The position numbers and the translations under genes were made by a program. A stretch of DNA of 64,000 nucleotides from the human T2T-CHM13v2.0 reference genome, Homo sapiens, in the NCBI RefSeq assembly GCF_009914755.1, contig NC_060927.1; one strand, 5' to 3'. This document shows, piece by piece, positions 1-15,556 of the stretch. The notes under the pieces are model-generated. The model searched no databases. It worked only from the letters and a program-made list of their open reading frames with translations, and was not told the DNA's origin. Position 1 is the stretch's first letter. Each line of letters opens with the position of its first letter.

Positions 1-56
1 GCTATAGGTATTTAATCTCTCGAACATAGTCTGCCTATTTATAAAAGCAGCTTGTG

Positions 57-696
<640 letters not shown>

Positions 697-1770
697 GCAG
701 CTTGTACTAATGTGTTGTTTCCTTCTACAAGTATTAAAATGTAATAACTATTTTGAAAGAGAAGCTAGGTTTTGTTTTATTTTAGGGTTCCAAACATGTA
801 TATTCATATGAAATACGAATATTGTGAAATATGTGCATTGGAAATTCCATGGTGACGATATCTTGGTTTTCTTCCAGTGACGGTGTGAGGCAGCCTTTAG
901 AACTTTTGCATATCACAGAAAACATTATTAATTAGGAAAGCTCTGTGATGCAATTAAGCCAGAGTTCTCTAGATGAGATTTATCACCTTATTTAGAAATC
1001 TGAGTAATGCTTTAATCGCTGATAAATATTTTTAATTAGACAACAAAGGATTAGAGTGAGATGTTTGCCTCTCTTAATCCAACTTTATTATTCTTTTTCT
1101 GAAAAGACAATCTGCCTGTGTGGAGGTACTGTTCTTATTAGCATGTTGGTGTAGATTTACAAGAGTCCATGTTTTCAGTATGGGCCTAAGGGCTTTCTTT
1201 CATTTTCACTCTAAGTGATGCATGCAAAAGTTTTCACAGAAGAAAGAGCATGAATCCTTTATGTCAGTGGAACTGCCATTTTATTAAATAGCCCAGGGCT
1301 TTCAAATGGTGCCTGAAGAAACTTGTGTTTCTGGAGATTATGTAAAGGAACTTGAAGGTACTTGTGTGACATGTCAAGCTCCTGGCTTTTACTCATATTG
1401 TATCCAAAGAAGGATTTTGCAGACCCAAAAACCTTGAATTTAGACTGAAACGTGGCTTTGCAGGCACATATGTTTCTCAGCTTGTGGGCAGAGGTTGAGA
1501 GGCCATGTCATATGGAGAGTCCTTCCCCTCTCTGATAAGGAAAGGTGACTTGCTTCAAATTTATATTCTCTTGCTATATATTATTGTTTCACAACCGTGG
1601 AAGGGATAGCATTGGAATGGAGAAGCAGAATGCTTATCAGGAATCAATTAAAGTCTGTGTGGTTCATTTTAGGAGTGCCCAGGGATACACTCAGAAAGGA
1701 AAAAGGGAAAGAGCTTGCTTGGAAGGCATTTTGCAATGAGTTACAGGGGGAATCAAGGGTATTTAGGAAG

Positions 1771-2152
1771 TGTATTACCCAGCTAGTGCTGCTGTAGTGA
1801 AATGCCACTGACTGGGTGGTAAACAAGAGTTATTTTCTCATAATTCTGGAGGCTAGTTGTTGTCCAAGATCAAGTTGTCAGCAGGGTTGGTCCCTTCTGA
1901 GGCCTCTCTCCTTGGCTTGTAGATGCCTGTCTTCTCCCTGTGTGTTCACATGGTCTTTTTTCCTGTGTGTGTCTGTCCCAATCTCCTCTTCTTACAAGGA
2001 CACCAGTCCTATTGGGTTTAGGCCCACTAGTAAAATCTCTTTTTAAATTAATTGCCTCTTTAAAGGCCCTATCTCCAAATACAGTCACATTCCAAGGTAC
2101 TAAGGTTAGGACTTCAACATTCAAATGTTTTCCAGGACACAATTTAGCCAAT
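1771..2152 (-). mobile_element. MaLR solo LTR (MLT1A/B/C-like)
   Basis: Typical MLT1 antisense motifs: TCCAAGATCAAG, GGCCTCTCTCCTTGGCTTGTAGATG, CCCTATCTCCAAATACAGTCACATT. Confidence 0.75.
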
Positions 2153-2324
2153 AATAGGAATGTATGTGAGGAAGGAAAGGAAAAAAATTGTTCATCTTAT
2201 AGATGAGAACGTACTTGTTGAGTTAAAAAAATACTTCCCCTTTGCCATGGTGAGATGGGCTAAATGATGCTTCTAAAACTTTAGTTACTGGCATAGAACT
2301 TTCACAGCTTTTGCTATCACTACC

Positions 2325-2860
2325 CAAATTTTTTACTTCATGGCACTCTTAGTGTTTTAGCAATCTTTTTACCATCCCCCTAGACCAAAAGAAATACCTA
2401 CTCTTTTTGTTAGGTCCGAACAACTTATTAAGTATTTAGGTTCTAACAACTTGGTAGCCATTTGAAAAAATAAAACATATAAATTGAAAGGAAATAGCAT
2501 TTTTATTTTGTTATTAAATAACCATATTACTTACTAACTGGATGTGTGTGTCTGTTGGGCACTGCACGACTTCTAAAGTCTTGGAATCAGATTGGACACC
2601 ATCACCCCATCGCCCTTGTTTCCCAGGCCACAATGATGTTCATGTGGCACTTGTTTTCCTTCAATCACAGCAACTGCCAAAAGCTCAACTTTGCAATGAT
2701 ATCATGTGGTTGAAAAGTATATAGCACAGTCTGATGCTAGAAGAGAACTATCTTGAGTTTAGTAGTTCTCAGGTAGTATTGCCATTGCCCTTGAAATGTT
2801 AGGCTATCTCCAGTGCTCTGTGAGTTCATTGCAGCACACATGGGGACCTCAGTGCAAAGC
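2325..2860. mobile_element. Old hAT-type DNA transposon remnant (MER115/Zaphod-like)
   Basis: Resembles remembered consensus (CCCCTAGACCAAAAGAAATACCTA...TTAGGTCC.AACAACTTA); boundaries approximate. Confidence 0.4.
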
Positions 2861-2889
2861 TGAAGGACCATGAAAGCTGAAGGACCATG
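2856..2889. repeat. Perfect 17-bp tandem duplication AAAGCTGAAGGACCATG x2
   Basis: Directly visible at 2856-2872 and 2873-2889. Confidence 0.9.
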
Positions 2890-2910
2890 AACTCTTTACT
2901 GAATATGTTT

Positions 2911-3192
<282 letters not shown>

Positions 3193-3444
3193 TAATATTT
3201 TTCTTTTATCAGCTCGCATTTAAAACTTTATTTTTGTATTTTTTAACTTATCCTCAGTGTGAACATTAATATCTGTGAGAGACCATCTCTATTTTTCATA
3301 CATAATCAAATCTATAAAACACCTAAAAATTTATTTCACATACTGCCAGTGGTACTTCTCCTATACTTTAGAACATACAGAGCTCATTAATTTAAAAGAA
3401 CAAAAAACTTTTATTTTGAGGATTTATTGTTTTCCAAGTATCTG

Positions 3445-3770
3445 ATTTTTAAAAATAGACTTTATTTTTCAGGACAGTTTTTGGTTCACAGTAAAATTGA
3501 AATGAAGCTGCAGATATTTCCCATACACCTCATTCCCCCAAGCACGCACAGCCTTCCCCATTATCAACATTCCCTACCAGAGTGGCACATTTATTAGAAT
3601 CAATGAACCCGCAGTGACATTTCATTATCCTCCAAAGTCTATACTTTACATTCCCTCTGGTATTGTACATTTTGTGGGTTTGGCCAAATGTCTAATGACG
3701 CGCATCTACCATTATAGTATCATATAGAGTGGTTTCACAGGCTTAAAAGTCCTCTGTGCTCTGCCTATTT
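3445..3770 (-). mobile_element. Old L1 3'-end fragment (L1MA/L1MB-like)
   Basis: AATAGACTTTATTTTT...GGTTCACAGTAAAATTGA...CCTCTGTGCTCTGCCTATT resembles an antisense L1M 3'UTR. Confidence 0.65.
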
Positions 3771-3798
3771 CAGTGTTTTATCTTTACTCTTATTATAG

Positions 3799-4200
<402 letters not shown>

Positions 4201-7200
4201 CGAATCCTCCCTGCACTGCATTCGCACAAACTGCTTCCTTTCTTGATTCGTAGATTTAATAACTTACCTGAAGGGGTTTTCTTGATAATTTTCCTTTAAT
4301 ATGAAATTTTTTTTCATGCTTTATCAATAGCCCAGGATATATTTTATTTTTAGAATTTTGTGAAACAGACTTGTATATTCTATTTTACAACTACAAATGC
4401 CTCCAAAGTATTGTACAAATAAGTGTGCAGTATCTGTGAACTGAATTCACCACAGACTTTAGCTTTCTGAGCAAGAGGATTTTGCGTCAGAGAAATGTCT
4501 GTCCATTTTTATTCAGGGGAAACTTGATTTGAGATTTTTATGCCTGTGACTTCCTTGGAAATCAAATGTAAAGTTTAATTGAAAGAATGTAAAGCAACCA
4601 AAAAGAAAAAAAAAAAGAAAGAAAGAGGAAAAGAAATCCATACTAACCCTTTTCCATTTTATAAATGTATTGATTCATTGGTACTGCCTTAAAGATACAG
4701 TACCCCTCTAGCTTTGTTTAGTCTTTATACTGCAAACTATTTAAAGAAATATGTATTCTGTAAAAGAAAAAAAAAATGCGGCCTTTTCATGAGGATCGTC
4801 TGGTTAGAAAACATAACTGATACCAACCGAAACTGAAGGGAGTTAGACCAAGGCTCTGAAATATAAAGTCTAATCTTGCTCTCTTTTATTCTGTGCTGTT
4901 ACAGTTTTCTTCATCAATGAGTGTGATCCAGTTTTTCATAAGATATTTTATTTTGAAATGGAAATTAATGTCCTCTCAAAGTAAAATATTGAGGAGCACT
5001 GAAAGTATGTTTTACTTTTTTTTTATTTTATTTTTGCTTTTGATAAGAAAACCGAACTGGGCATATTTCTAATTGGCTTTACTATTTTTATTTTTAAATT
5101 ATGTTTTACTGTTCATTTGATTTGTACAGATTCTTTATTATCATTGTTCTTTTCAATATATTTGTATTAATTTGTAAGAATATGCATCTTAAAATGGCAA
5201 GTTTTCCATATTTTTACAACTCACTGGTGGTTTTCCGCATTCTTTGTACACCCATGAAAGAAAACTTTTATGCAAGGTCTTGCATTTAAAAGACAGCTTT
5301 GCGAATATTTTGTAAATTACAGTCTCACTCAGAACTGTTTTTGGACACATTTAAGGTGTAGTATTAATAGGTTAAAACCAGGCTTTCTAGAAAGAATAAA
5401 CTTACATATTTATTTTTAGGACATGAAAATAGCAATATTCTTGGAGATTGATAACCATAGCATTAATACGCCCATTATGGTCATTTAAATTGGGGTTTAT
5501 TTCAGCAAACTTGTTGAATTTATTTTTAAGAAAGAAATACTGTATTGGGAAGTTACTGTTACTTGATAACAATGTTTTAACAAGAAGCAATGTTATAAAG
5601 TTAGTTTCAGTGCATTATCTACTTGTGTAGTCCTATGCAATAACAGTAGTGTTACATGTATCAAGCCTAGATGTTTTATACAGATGCCATATAGTGTTAT
5701 GAGCCAGGCTGTTGAATGGAATTTCTCAGTAGCAGCCTACAACTGAATAGCAAGTGGCATAAAGCATATCCATTCAGAATGAAGTGCCTTAAATATAGCA
5801 GTAGTCTTTTTTGGACTAGCACTGACTGAACTGTAATGTAGGGGAAAGTTTCATGATGGTATCTATAGTCAAGACGAACATGTAGCATGGTGCCTATGTA
5901 GACAATATAAGAGCTTCCAATTTTCCTTCAGATATTTTTAATATTAAATATATTTTAGTGACAGAGTGCCAACTTCTTTCATCAGGAAACCTTATTCAGG
6001 AGGGTTTTTAAAAAGTGTTTAAATGTCAAATGTGAATTGGTGATGGGTGATGGAGGGTTCAGAGAGGAGTGATCGTCAGATGTGTGAATGGACGGTTTAG
6101 GTGAAAATAATCAACTGCATAGTTCCCATGCACGCTGGGCAATGAGAATCCTTGGAAACATTGGTGATGCTATCAGTTTTATAGCTTTATTTCTTAAGGG
6201 GGTAGGGAAAATTAGTTCCCATTCTTTCAACCCCCTTAACTGTATAGCTCTTTTCCTAGAATAGTGACGCAAATCTGCATGAACAGCTAATTGTACCATA
6301 GTGTTCATTGATACAATCATAGCATTGTCTATTTTTCTCTTCATATTTATATGGGGGGGAGGGCGCTGGATGCAAAAGTTGAAGATCGTGATGCTATGAT
6401 GTTAGTTTTCCTTAGCTGATTTTGAGGGTTTTTAAAAATAAAGCAAGGTTGACTAACCTACGGCCACGGGAACAGGACCATGGTTAAGCAACCATATAGA
6501 AAGCTTTGTTGAAAGAAAGTATGGCATCTTGTACCACTGCCCTGACTGTCACAACTCCTAACCTTGCCATTGCCTGCCTCCCCCTCCCCTTCTCCTTAAG
6601 AGACAATTTCTGCAGGTGGCAGGTGAGCAAGCCCAGGAGAATGCTGCAATCTTGGGGGTGGTTTTATTTATTTCTTTTTTGCCAAATAGAGTGTGGATTC
6701 ATTTCAGGGGCTAGCTAAGCCAAGAGGCAGTGGTTTGGGCTTGTTGTTTGTAACAAGAAAATGATCCACACCACTCCCCCGATTCCCGGGTGCAGAATTG
6801 TAACTCGGGGTTGGGCCTCTATATGGAGTGACCAAAATGCCAAAATTGTCCATCTGCCTCTGAGTAGGGCAATGGAAATACCAAACCTTCTGACTTTGCC
6901 AAAAAGCATACAAGCAACCTGGTCATACATAGGATGACAAAATTCTTTCTGGTTGTTTTTAAACAATAAAGCAATAAGAACAAATACAATACATAGGAAG
7001 TTAAAAGCACAAAGGAATGAACTTATTAATATTTTTGAAAAATGCACTGGGAAAAAGTTGATGTCAATAACAGTATAAAACAGCCCTATTTCTTGATAAA
7101 AAATGACAAATGACTGTCTCTTGCGGATGCTTGGTACTGTAATGTTAATAATAGTCACCTGCTGTTGGATGCAGCAATAATTTCTGTATGGTCCATAGCA

Positions 7201-7289
7201 CTGTATATTATGGATCGATATTAATGTATCCAATGAAATAATCGACTTGTTCTTGATAGCCTCATTAAAGCATTTGGTTTTTCACATAG
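4201..7289 (+). other. MITF: MITF long 3'UTR
   Basis: AU-rich 3.1 kb with no recognisable interspersed repeat after the TAG, ending ~20 nt after ATTAAA; end approximate. Confidence 0.85.
7264..7269 (+). terminator. MITF: Distal MITF polyadenylation signal ATTAAA
   Basis: ATTAAA, CA ~15-18 nt downstream, then GU-rich GTGGTGG...TTGTGTT; TGTA upstream. Confidence 0.75.
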
Positions 7290-8252
7290 TGGTGGCCTAT
7301 TGTGTTAATGCCAATTTTGAATGCTATCTGCCATATCAAAAAATGGTAGTGCACATTTTCTTCTGATTTAATGAATAACAAATTGCATGAAAATTTAGAA
7401 AATGCCAGTAAGTACTTTTTTTGTTTAAAATGCCACTCTAAGATGTTACTTTTTGGTTTTAAACATTTTTGATTACTTTTTGACTTACACTCAGATGAGG
7501 TATAATTATGCACCTTTTTTATCCCCCTCTGAATTTGGGGAGATTTTAAACTCCCAAATGCCAAGACTTCATTTTAGATATAGGAGTTTTATTTAAAATG
7601 TTTCATTGAGAGGTGGCTTTAAAAAAGAGAAATTGTCAGAGAAACCCTTGCATATTTACAGAAAAGATATTGGGTTTTTAAAATACAAATTTACAATAAT
7701 GAAAGCTTAATATACCCAGGCTGCCAGCTCCTGGTTGCCTTTTTTTTTTAATACACTACTTAAGAATCATTTGATAAATGTTGGATTTGAATTGGGAAGT
7801 GTCAGACAAAACATGTCTTTATTCCCTAGCTAGACCTTAAACTTCTGCCCTTTTAAAAAATATATTCTGGCTTAACCTCTGGAGAAAATGAGCAAGAAAC
7901 TTCCTGTAATGCTTCTGATCTGACTGTCAGCTTTTTCCTACTTTTAATTTTCTTCTTAAATTGTAATATACAATAATCAAGGCCTTTCTTTTTTAGACCT
8001 ATTTGAATTATTTATATTTTCCCTAGAAGTATAACTGTAGGATCCCTTAAAAACATGTAAAAGTAGAAAGATTTCCTTTTGGAACAAGAGAGAATATTCT
8101 GGGCAAAATCAAAAGCAAGTAAGTTGAAAATTGGGGCTTTTCATCTCCGGGGGATCTGCAGCAATACCTTCACCCACATTTCTGTCCTGATATTTACCAG
8201 TAAATAGTCATTTCACAGCCCATAAGAATCCTTCATCTTTAGCTTCCCCCAC

Positions 8253-8254
<2 letters not shown>

Positions 8255-8301
<47 letters not shown>
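8255..8301. repeat. (AC)n microsatellite, ~23 units
   Basis: Directly visible. Confidence 0.98.
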
Positions 8302-8303
<2 letters not shown>

Positions 8304-8454
8304 TAACGTGTTATAGTGGTGTTACCTGAAGATTAGACATTTGCCTACAGTGTGTATGACTTCATTTGATATCCACAGAGTTACATTTCTTAAAATTTTA
8401 TTAAGCCAATTCACTTTCAAATAAATTATATCCGTTCAATCACCACACATGACC

Positions 8455-8640
8455 TCTCAGTTAATCTTCCTGGGTTTGAATCTTATCTCTGCCCATGTCT
8501 AGCTCTATGATTTTGCGCAAGTTATTTGGCCTCCCTGTGCCTCAAAAGTAGCTACCACATAGTGGTCTTGTGAAGACCATTCGAGTTAATAATACTAGAA
8601 TTTGTGCTTGACAGCACATAGTAAATGCTTAGTAAATGAT
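8455..8640 (+). mobile_element. MIR
   Basis: CCTGGGTTTGAATCTTATCTCTGCC...GCAAGTTATTT..CCTC.CTGTGCCTCA...GCACATAGTAAATGCTTAGTAAAT. Confidence 0.65.
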
Positions 8641-9873
8641 AGCTTTTCTTATAATAATCACCTTCATTACTAAAATGGAAAATACTTTCTGGACCAACTA
8701 AAATCATCATATGTATTAGCAGTGACATGCACACCACATTTGGCAAAGCACTGAATTACAACATAGATTGAAGACATGTGTAAACTGGCCAGGGGACAGA
8801 AGCCACAGGCTATTTAGGAGAAAGGAACCTTGCTGTTTGTAAGACCTAGGGTAGGAATATTTTAGAGAATTAGTAATAAACTCAAAGTATCACATTAAAA
8901 TATCTTCAGCACAAATGACCTAAAATTTAAATTGTTTTAAACCTGTACATTCTGCATGTATGCTTCTGCCATGAGAATAATTATATTATTTTCATAAAAT
9001 ATGCCTTAGTGAAGCTGAAATCTTTATTATATTCTTTAGAAAATTAAACTGTTTAATCCTTTGCAATATACACTGATATTATACAGCTAAGAGTGGTGTC
9101 TTGACTATATCCTGTCTTCAGTTTCCTATCAATATTGAAATGTTTCTCAGGATTTTATTTTCAATTGTACTTACATTTGATGACTTCTTTGGAAAACCAT
9201 CTGAGAAGTTAATCTTCATAATCCAGCCAACATAAATGAACTCTTAGAATTACTCTGTTTTTATTTTTTTGTGTATGCCAAGACTTAATGCATAGCCAAG
9301 TAGCATGAGGAAAGCTCCTTTAAGAGGAGCGTTGTAAAGTTAGATTTTCATTATATTTAGAGAGAGGTTGTGATGATCTCTTAATTCTTTGCTGCCACAT
9401 CTGAGGCTCAATAGCAGTGGCTTTATGTCTGTACCCATAATAACATGAATCCATAATACACGTCTGAACAGAGTGTAAGTGAAGAAGCTTTTATTATCCC
9501 AGTTTTCCCAAGAGGCATATATCCTCCTCCCCTCAAAAAAGTGTAGAGTAAATCTGCCATATTAAAATTGTCAAGGTCCTGTATATACATAAAATGTAGA
9601 CATGGTTAATTGTATTTGTGTTCAGTATTTGTAGGTCTTTTGAGCCTATTACCTATACCAGATACACTGGAAAGTAATATGAGTATACACAAAACCAAAT
9701 AAATTTCAGCAACGCATGTAAATGGTAAAGACAGTTTGCTTTTGAAAAATTTGCATTTTAAATTTCTAATTATGGAGTCAGTTGAAGATATATCCAAATG
9801 GGTGCAATTGTCACTCAAAATTCCTTACATATTATTCAGACAGCAAAATCTATGTAAATAGAAGCCACGAAAC

Positions 9874-10205
9874 TAGTGTTTCCCAAACTTCACTTTATGG
9901 AACTAGTTCCACAAGCTGTTGCACAAGTTGCTTTGAGGAATGGGGGTTTGGAGGTGGGCTGGGGTCAGGAAATGCTATACTGTAGTTAATTTTGAGGAAG
10001 TTAGCTTTGGGAAATGCTGAGCTAAACAAATGTGAACAAGTATTTCTACTGCAAGACTTCTCACATTCTAAATTATGCTAATGGGATTGAGAGTTCGTAA
10101 CATTTCCCAGTCTCATTTGGCCACAGGATTGTGTGTGTGTGTGTGTGCGCGCACGTGTGTAAGACACCTGCTAATTGTTCCAAAGAACACAGTTTGGGAA
10201 ATTCT
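9874..10205. mobile_element. hAT-type MITE (MER5/MER112/MER119-like)
   Basis: Inverted termini TTTCCCAAACT (~9878) and AGTTTGGGAAA (~10191). Confidence 0.5.
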
Positions 10206-10974
10206 GGAGATTTTACAGAAATTATTTAAACTCAATAAATTTTTTTTTTGTTTTCCTAAGGCAAGTATGCTTACGTTTGTTTATGATTCCATAGGTAGAC
10301 GTCATTGTCATTAAAAAAGTATTACTCTGAAGAAACAAATTAGCTTAGGTTTTCATCTCCATTGAAAATATAAAATTCTGATTAAGGAAAATATTGGCAT
10401 TAAGAAACTGTTATTCCTGAATTTAAAAAGTAACATGTTTTCATTTTCAAAGAAAATATTCACTCTGGTTACACACATGTTCAATGTACCTTTTGTATGA
10501 GTGGTACTATAAAAAGTTCTTTAAGTTGAATGTCTCCCACATCTTTAAATATGGACAACCTAATGTTTAGGAAATATTTGGTTTATAACTTTAGGTTCAG
10601 CTTACTGGTTTTTGCTGGAAGGACATTAGGAAGAATTGTATGGTATTCAGAATTGATGTAGTCTTGTCAATGACTCTTTTTCAATGAAGGTAAGTTCTGA
10701 CAGAGGGATCAGGTTGTATCTCCAAAGTTCGGTTGTTAATTGGTTATAGGCCAACCCACAAGAGCTATATTAATTCTTACATGCCTGTAGTATATTATAG
10801 GACTTACTAAGATTGTTTTAGAATTTAAACACTGTATTATGAAGCCCAAGGGAAAATACATTAACACACCTTTTCCACTCCTTACAGATGAGATCACAGA
10901 TTTCTTTCATTCAATGTCTTTTAAAAATACTTTTCAGCCCTCACTCTTCGCCTAGGAATAAACGGTGAGCAGAG

Positions 10975-11450
10975 GAATTTCACTCCAGTGGAATGAAGGA
11001 ATTTATTGGCTCATATTACCATAAAGTCCAAATGGCAAATATAACTTCACGTATGCCTGGGTTCAAGGGCTCAAACAAGCATTCAATCTGCTTGTCTCTA
11101 ATTTTCTTGGTGCCAACCTCCTCTTGGAGGCAGGTCTTCTCCATGAGGTCCCCTCTGGCAGTTTCAAAGTCCAGTAGAAAGCCAGCACCTCTTTCCCAGT
11201 TGCTATGGTGAAGTCCCTGTAGTAGTTCTGATCAGCCCTACTTGGTTATGATCACCATAACCCAAAAATGGAACACACCAGTGGGCCAGGTCTGGGTCAC
11301 GTGTCCACTCTGCTAGATTCATTCAGCAGCACCTAAACCTTGTAGACCAAGAGACAAGGAGGTGGGACTCACCCAGACTCCAAAGGATACTGTTCCCAAA
11401 GCGGGAAGAGGAATCTCTGTAAGCAAAACAACAGATACTCATTGCTTGGA
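10975..11450 (-). mobile_element. Old MaLR LTR (MLT1J/K/L-like)
   Basis: GGAATTTATTGGCTCA...AAAGTCCA...CAAGGGCTCAAAC...GGGCCAGGTCTGGGTCACGTG motifs. Confidence 0.55.
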
Positions 11451-11709
11451 CTTCAAGAGGACTGGACAAACTCTACCCTTGCCAATCTTTTGCCTTTTCA
11501 GATGCACAGATTTGGGACTTTTTTCTTCCTTCACCCTTAACCCCAGGGTGATAGAAAGGGAGGGAAGGAAGATATTAAATCCCTACAGCTGCATCTCCCT
11601 CTTCCTCATTATTCATGGCTCATTTCTCATAACCAGCTCTCCGGCTCTCACCCCCTACTCAATCCTCTGCCAGACAGAGATCCTAAGACCCAAGTTTTGC
11701 AATAAAATA

Positions 11710-13000
<1,291 letters not shown>

Positions 13001-13084
13001 AGAGGGCTCACCAAGCACTCACTCCTCTAAATACAAATGGACTCTTACTTCTGTCATTTCTAAAGCCAACTTTGTTATCATGAT

Positions 13085-13545
13085 GTTTTCAGTTGCCCAT
13101 TGCAGAAACGAAACTCCATTTGGAAAAAAAAAAAAAAGGCAGGGAGGAGAGAGGGGAGTTTACTGGTTTTCATAACAAAACTCCAGGGGTGAAACTCAGA
13201 ATGGTGACTTCAGGTGCTCAAATGACCACTTCATGCATGCATTGCTCCCTCTTCTTAGATGTGCTCTCCTCTGTGTTGGCTTCATTTTTAGGCAAACTCT
13301 CCCTGTGAGGTGGCAAAATGGCTAATGGCCCCAAACACAACCTTGCAGTTTATCAACCAGCCCGGAAAGAGCATTTCTCTCCTCCCAGAGTCTCATTGGC
13401 CCAAACTGGCCAGTATGTTTAATCCTGGACCAGTCATTATTTCCAGGGGCATGGAATACATTGACAGGCTACTCCTAATCATATTTTTACCCATTGGGCT
13501 GGGATTGACTCAGCCTTTTTGGAGGGGAAGGAGGCAACCCTAAAA
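13085..13545 (-). mobile_element. Old MaLR LTR (MLT1K-like)
   Basis: AAAACTCCAGGGGT...CTTCAGGTGCTCAAATGA...CTCTGTGTTGGCTTCATT...GGTGGCAAAATGGC. Confidence 0.5.
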
Positions 13546-13749
13546 ACTGAGAAGCCCTCATCCAAGTTGTCCTTTCTGACTATGTCCACTTGCTTTTCCA
13601 ACAATCAGCTCCTTATCTTTCAGGTTTCAGATGAAATTTCACCTTCTCAGAGAAGAGGTCAATGACCACCTTACATAATAGAAAGGAGACTCTATTTGCC
13701 TTTCCTTAACCTACCATCTTGTTTATTTCCTTCATAGCCTTGGGTTGCC

Positions 13750-13916
13750 TTTTCTCCTTCTCCTTCTCCTTCTCTTTCTCCTTCTCCTTCTCGTTCTCCT
13801 TCTCCTTCTCCTTCTCCATCTCCATCTCCTGCTCCTTCTCCTTCTCCTTCTCTATCTCCTTATTCTATCAGTTTGCTTCTCCTTCTCCTTCTCTATCTCC
13901 TTATTCTATCAGTTTG
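13750..13916. repeat. (CTTCTC)n polypyrimidine tract ending in a 41-bp perfect tandem duplication
   Basis: Directly visible; copies at 13835-13875 and 13876-13916. Confidence 0.95.
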
Positions 13917-14842
13917 AGCTGGTTTCTCGTCCCTTTCATAGAAAGTATTCATATTTGTGATCAGTAGACAAGGGTTGGCAAGTTTTGCCACAATATTGTC
14001 AATAAGAATACAGTCTTATTTTAAAAAAATAAAATAAATGAAAGTACTAGGTTAAGAGAATCTGTTTGCTAGGACTGTGGAAGTATTTGTTTATAAGCAG
14101 CATGTTATCACATCTTATTTACATGAGTTCTTGGGAGAATAAAACTTCCACATGAATTAACTTATGGATAGCTGAACTTAGCGCTTTAAATGGCCAAAAT
14201 TTTATTTTCACTATTTTTGATGATAGGCTTTCTCAAGTGTATGATTCTCTACCTCTTGAAACAGACTGTAAAGAATATAATTTTACCTGTGCTTGATGGC
14301 TCAGGGTCATCTTTAAGATTATTATTACTTTGAGCTCTAACGCAATGGTGTCCTTGGAGGCTTCAGAGATGTAATGAAGGTTTTGGTCCCTATATGAAGA
14401 GGCCCTAGAGAGCAGCACTTTCACTCCATCTTCTTTCCCCCCAAACCCCTTCAGATTTACTGCTCCAGCTCTGCTGTGGGCTTGAGAGAATTGCTAATCC
14501 AGTTAAGTCTTTAATAGTTAACAGAATTGTGTCTTGTATAAGGTAAATGTGCCTCATGTAAAGATCTGGGCATTCTGCTGCCTGTGCTGCAATGCATAAG
14601 CTTTAGTGCTTTGATTTTGGCTATGAAGAAAACTTTTCCTCCCCTAGTTGCCTGTTTTTTCCACTGGACTTCAGCTAATTAGAAGTTGCTGGATCTGTGA
14701 CCTAGTTAAATAAGTTTTTCTATAATTAGAAACACAGGTTGGACTCGTTAGGGTCATGAGATTTCATTTTGTTAAGCCACTTGTAAGCCATTCTTTCAAC
14801 ACTTTGTAGAAATTCTGTTAGGTTAGTCCAACTCAGATGATG

Positions 14843-15222
14843 ACAGAGTCAGCAAACTTTTCTGTAAAGGGCCAGGAAATAAATACTTTAGGCTTTTCGA
14901 GCCAAAAGGCAAAATTAAATATATTGTATTGGTGCTTACGTAACAAGAGAGAAAACAAATTTCTATAAATTTTTCATTGATGAAATGCTAAGTTTAATAA
15001 TAATTGAATATCATTCTTGTAATACAACTCTACTATGAAGAAAAATGGAATTCTTTTGGGGGAAAAATAACATTTTGATTAATTGCGGTTCAAAGTTCCT
15101 GTCCCCTAGCCTCAAACTGATTGTAAATGCTTATCTGTAAAAGCTGCTCTTAACTCACAGGCTGTTCAAAAACAAGTGGCAGGCCAGATTTGGCCTGCAG
15201 GCTATCTTTTCTCAACCCCTGG
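14843..15222 (+). mobile_element. MER58-family hAT-Charlie MITE
   Basis: CAGAGTCAGCAAACTTTTCTGTAAAGGGCCAG ... GCCAGATTTGGCCTGCAGGCT...AACCCCTG. Confidence 0.75.
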
Positions 15223-15239
15223 ACTGTGGCAGTCTAATG

Positions 15240-15556
15240 TCCCCTGATAACTGTTTTCTCTTCTTCATTTTAGCAATAGAATGCCCTGAATTGTAGGTCA
15301 GCACATAGCCGTATTTGTGGGTTCCATAGTTCCCAGCCTCTGTTATAAGTAGGTGTGACCCTATCATTAAATGCTGCATAATGGGATGTGAGCAGTCCTC
15401 CATTTCTTCCTACTGTCTAGGAAAGAGTGAAAGCTGAAATAGCTTCCTTGGACCAGAGATAAAGGTCCTATGTTGGATATGGTGGAGCTGCTTCATCTTG
15501 CATCTCCGGAATGCTGTGTAGAAAAAAAAAGAAATGGTTGTCTTATTTAAGACCTG
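15240..15556 (+). mobile_element. Old MLT1-type LTR split by the HERV-L insertion (resumes ~22107-22130)
   Basis: TTCCCAGCCTC...TAGGTGTGACC motif; ends TGTCTTATTTAAG; resumes GGATCTTTTGTAATAACAGC. Confidence 0.5.

Noticed and set aside
6715-7233. 172-aa antisense ORF in the MITF 3'UTR
   Set aside because: No recognisable domain, AT-biased composition and no supporting promoter or splice structure; likely a chance ORF.
13719-13967. FS-repeat and poly-Leu ORFs
   Set aside because: Translations of the (CTTCTC)n repeat with non-ATG starts.
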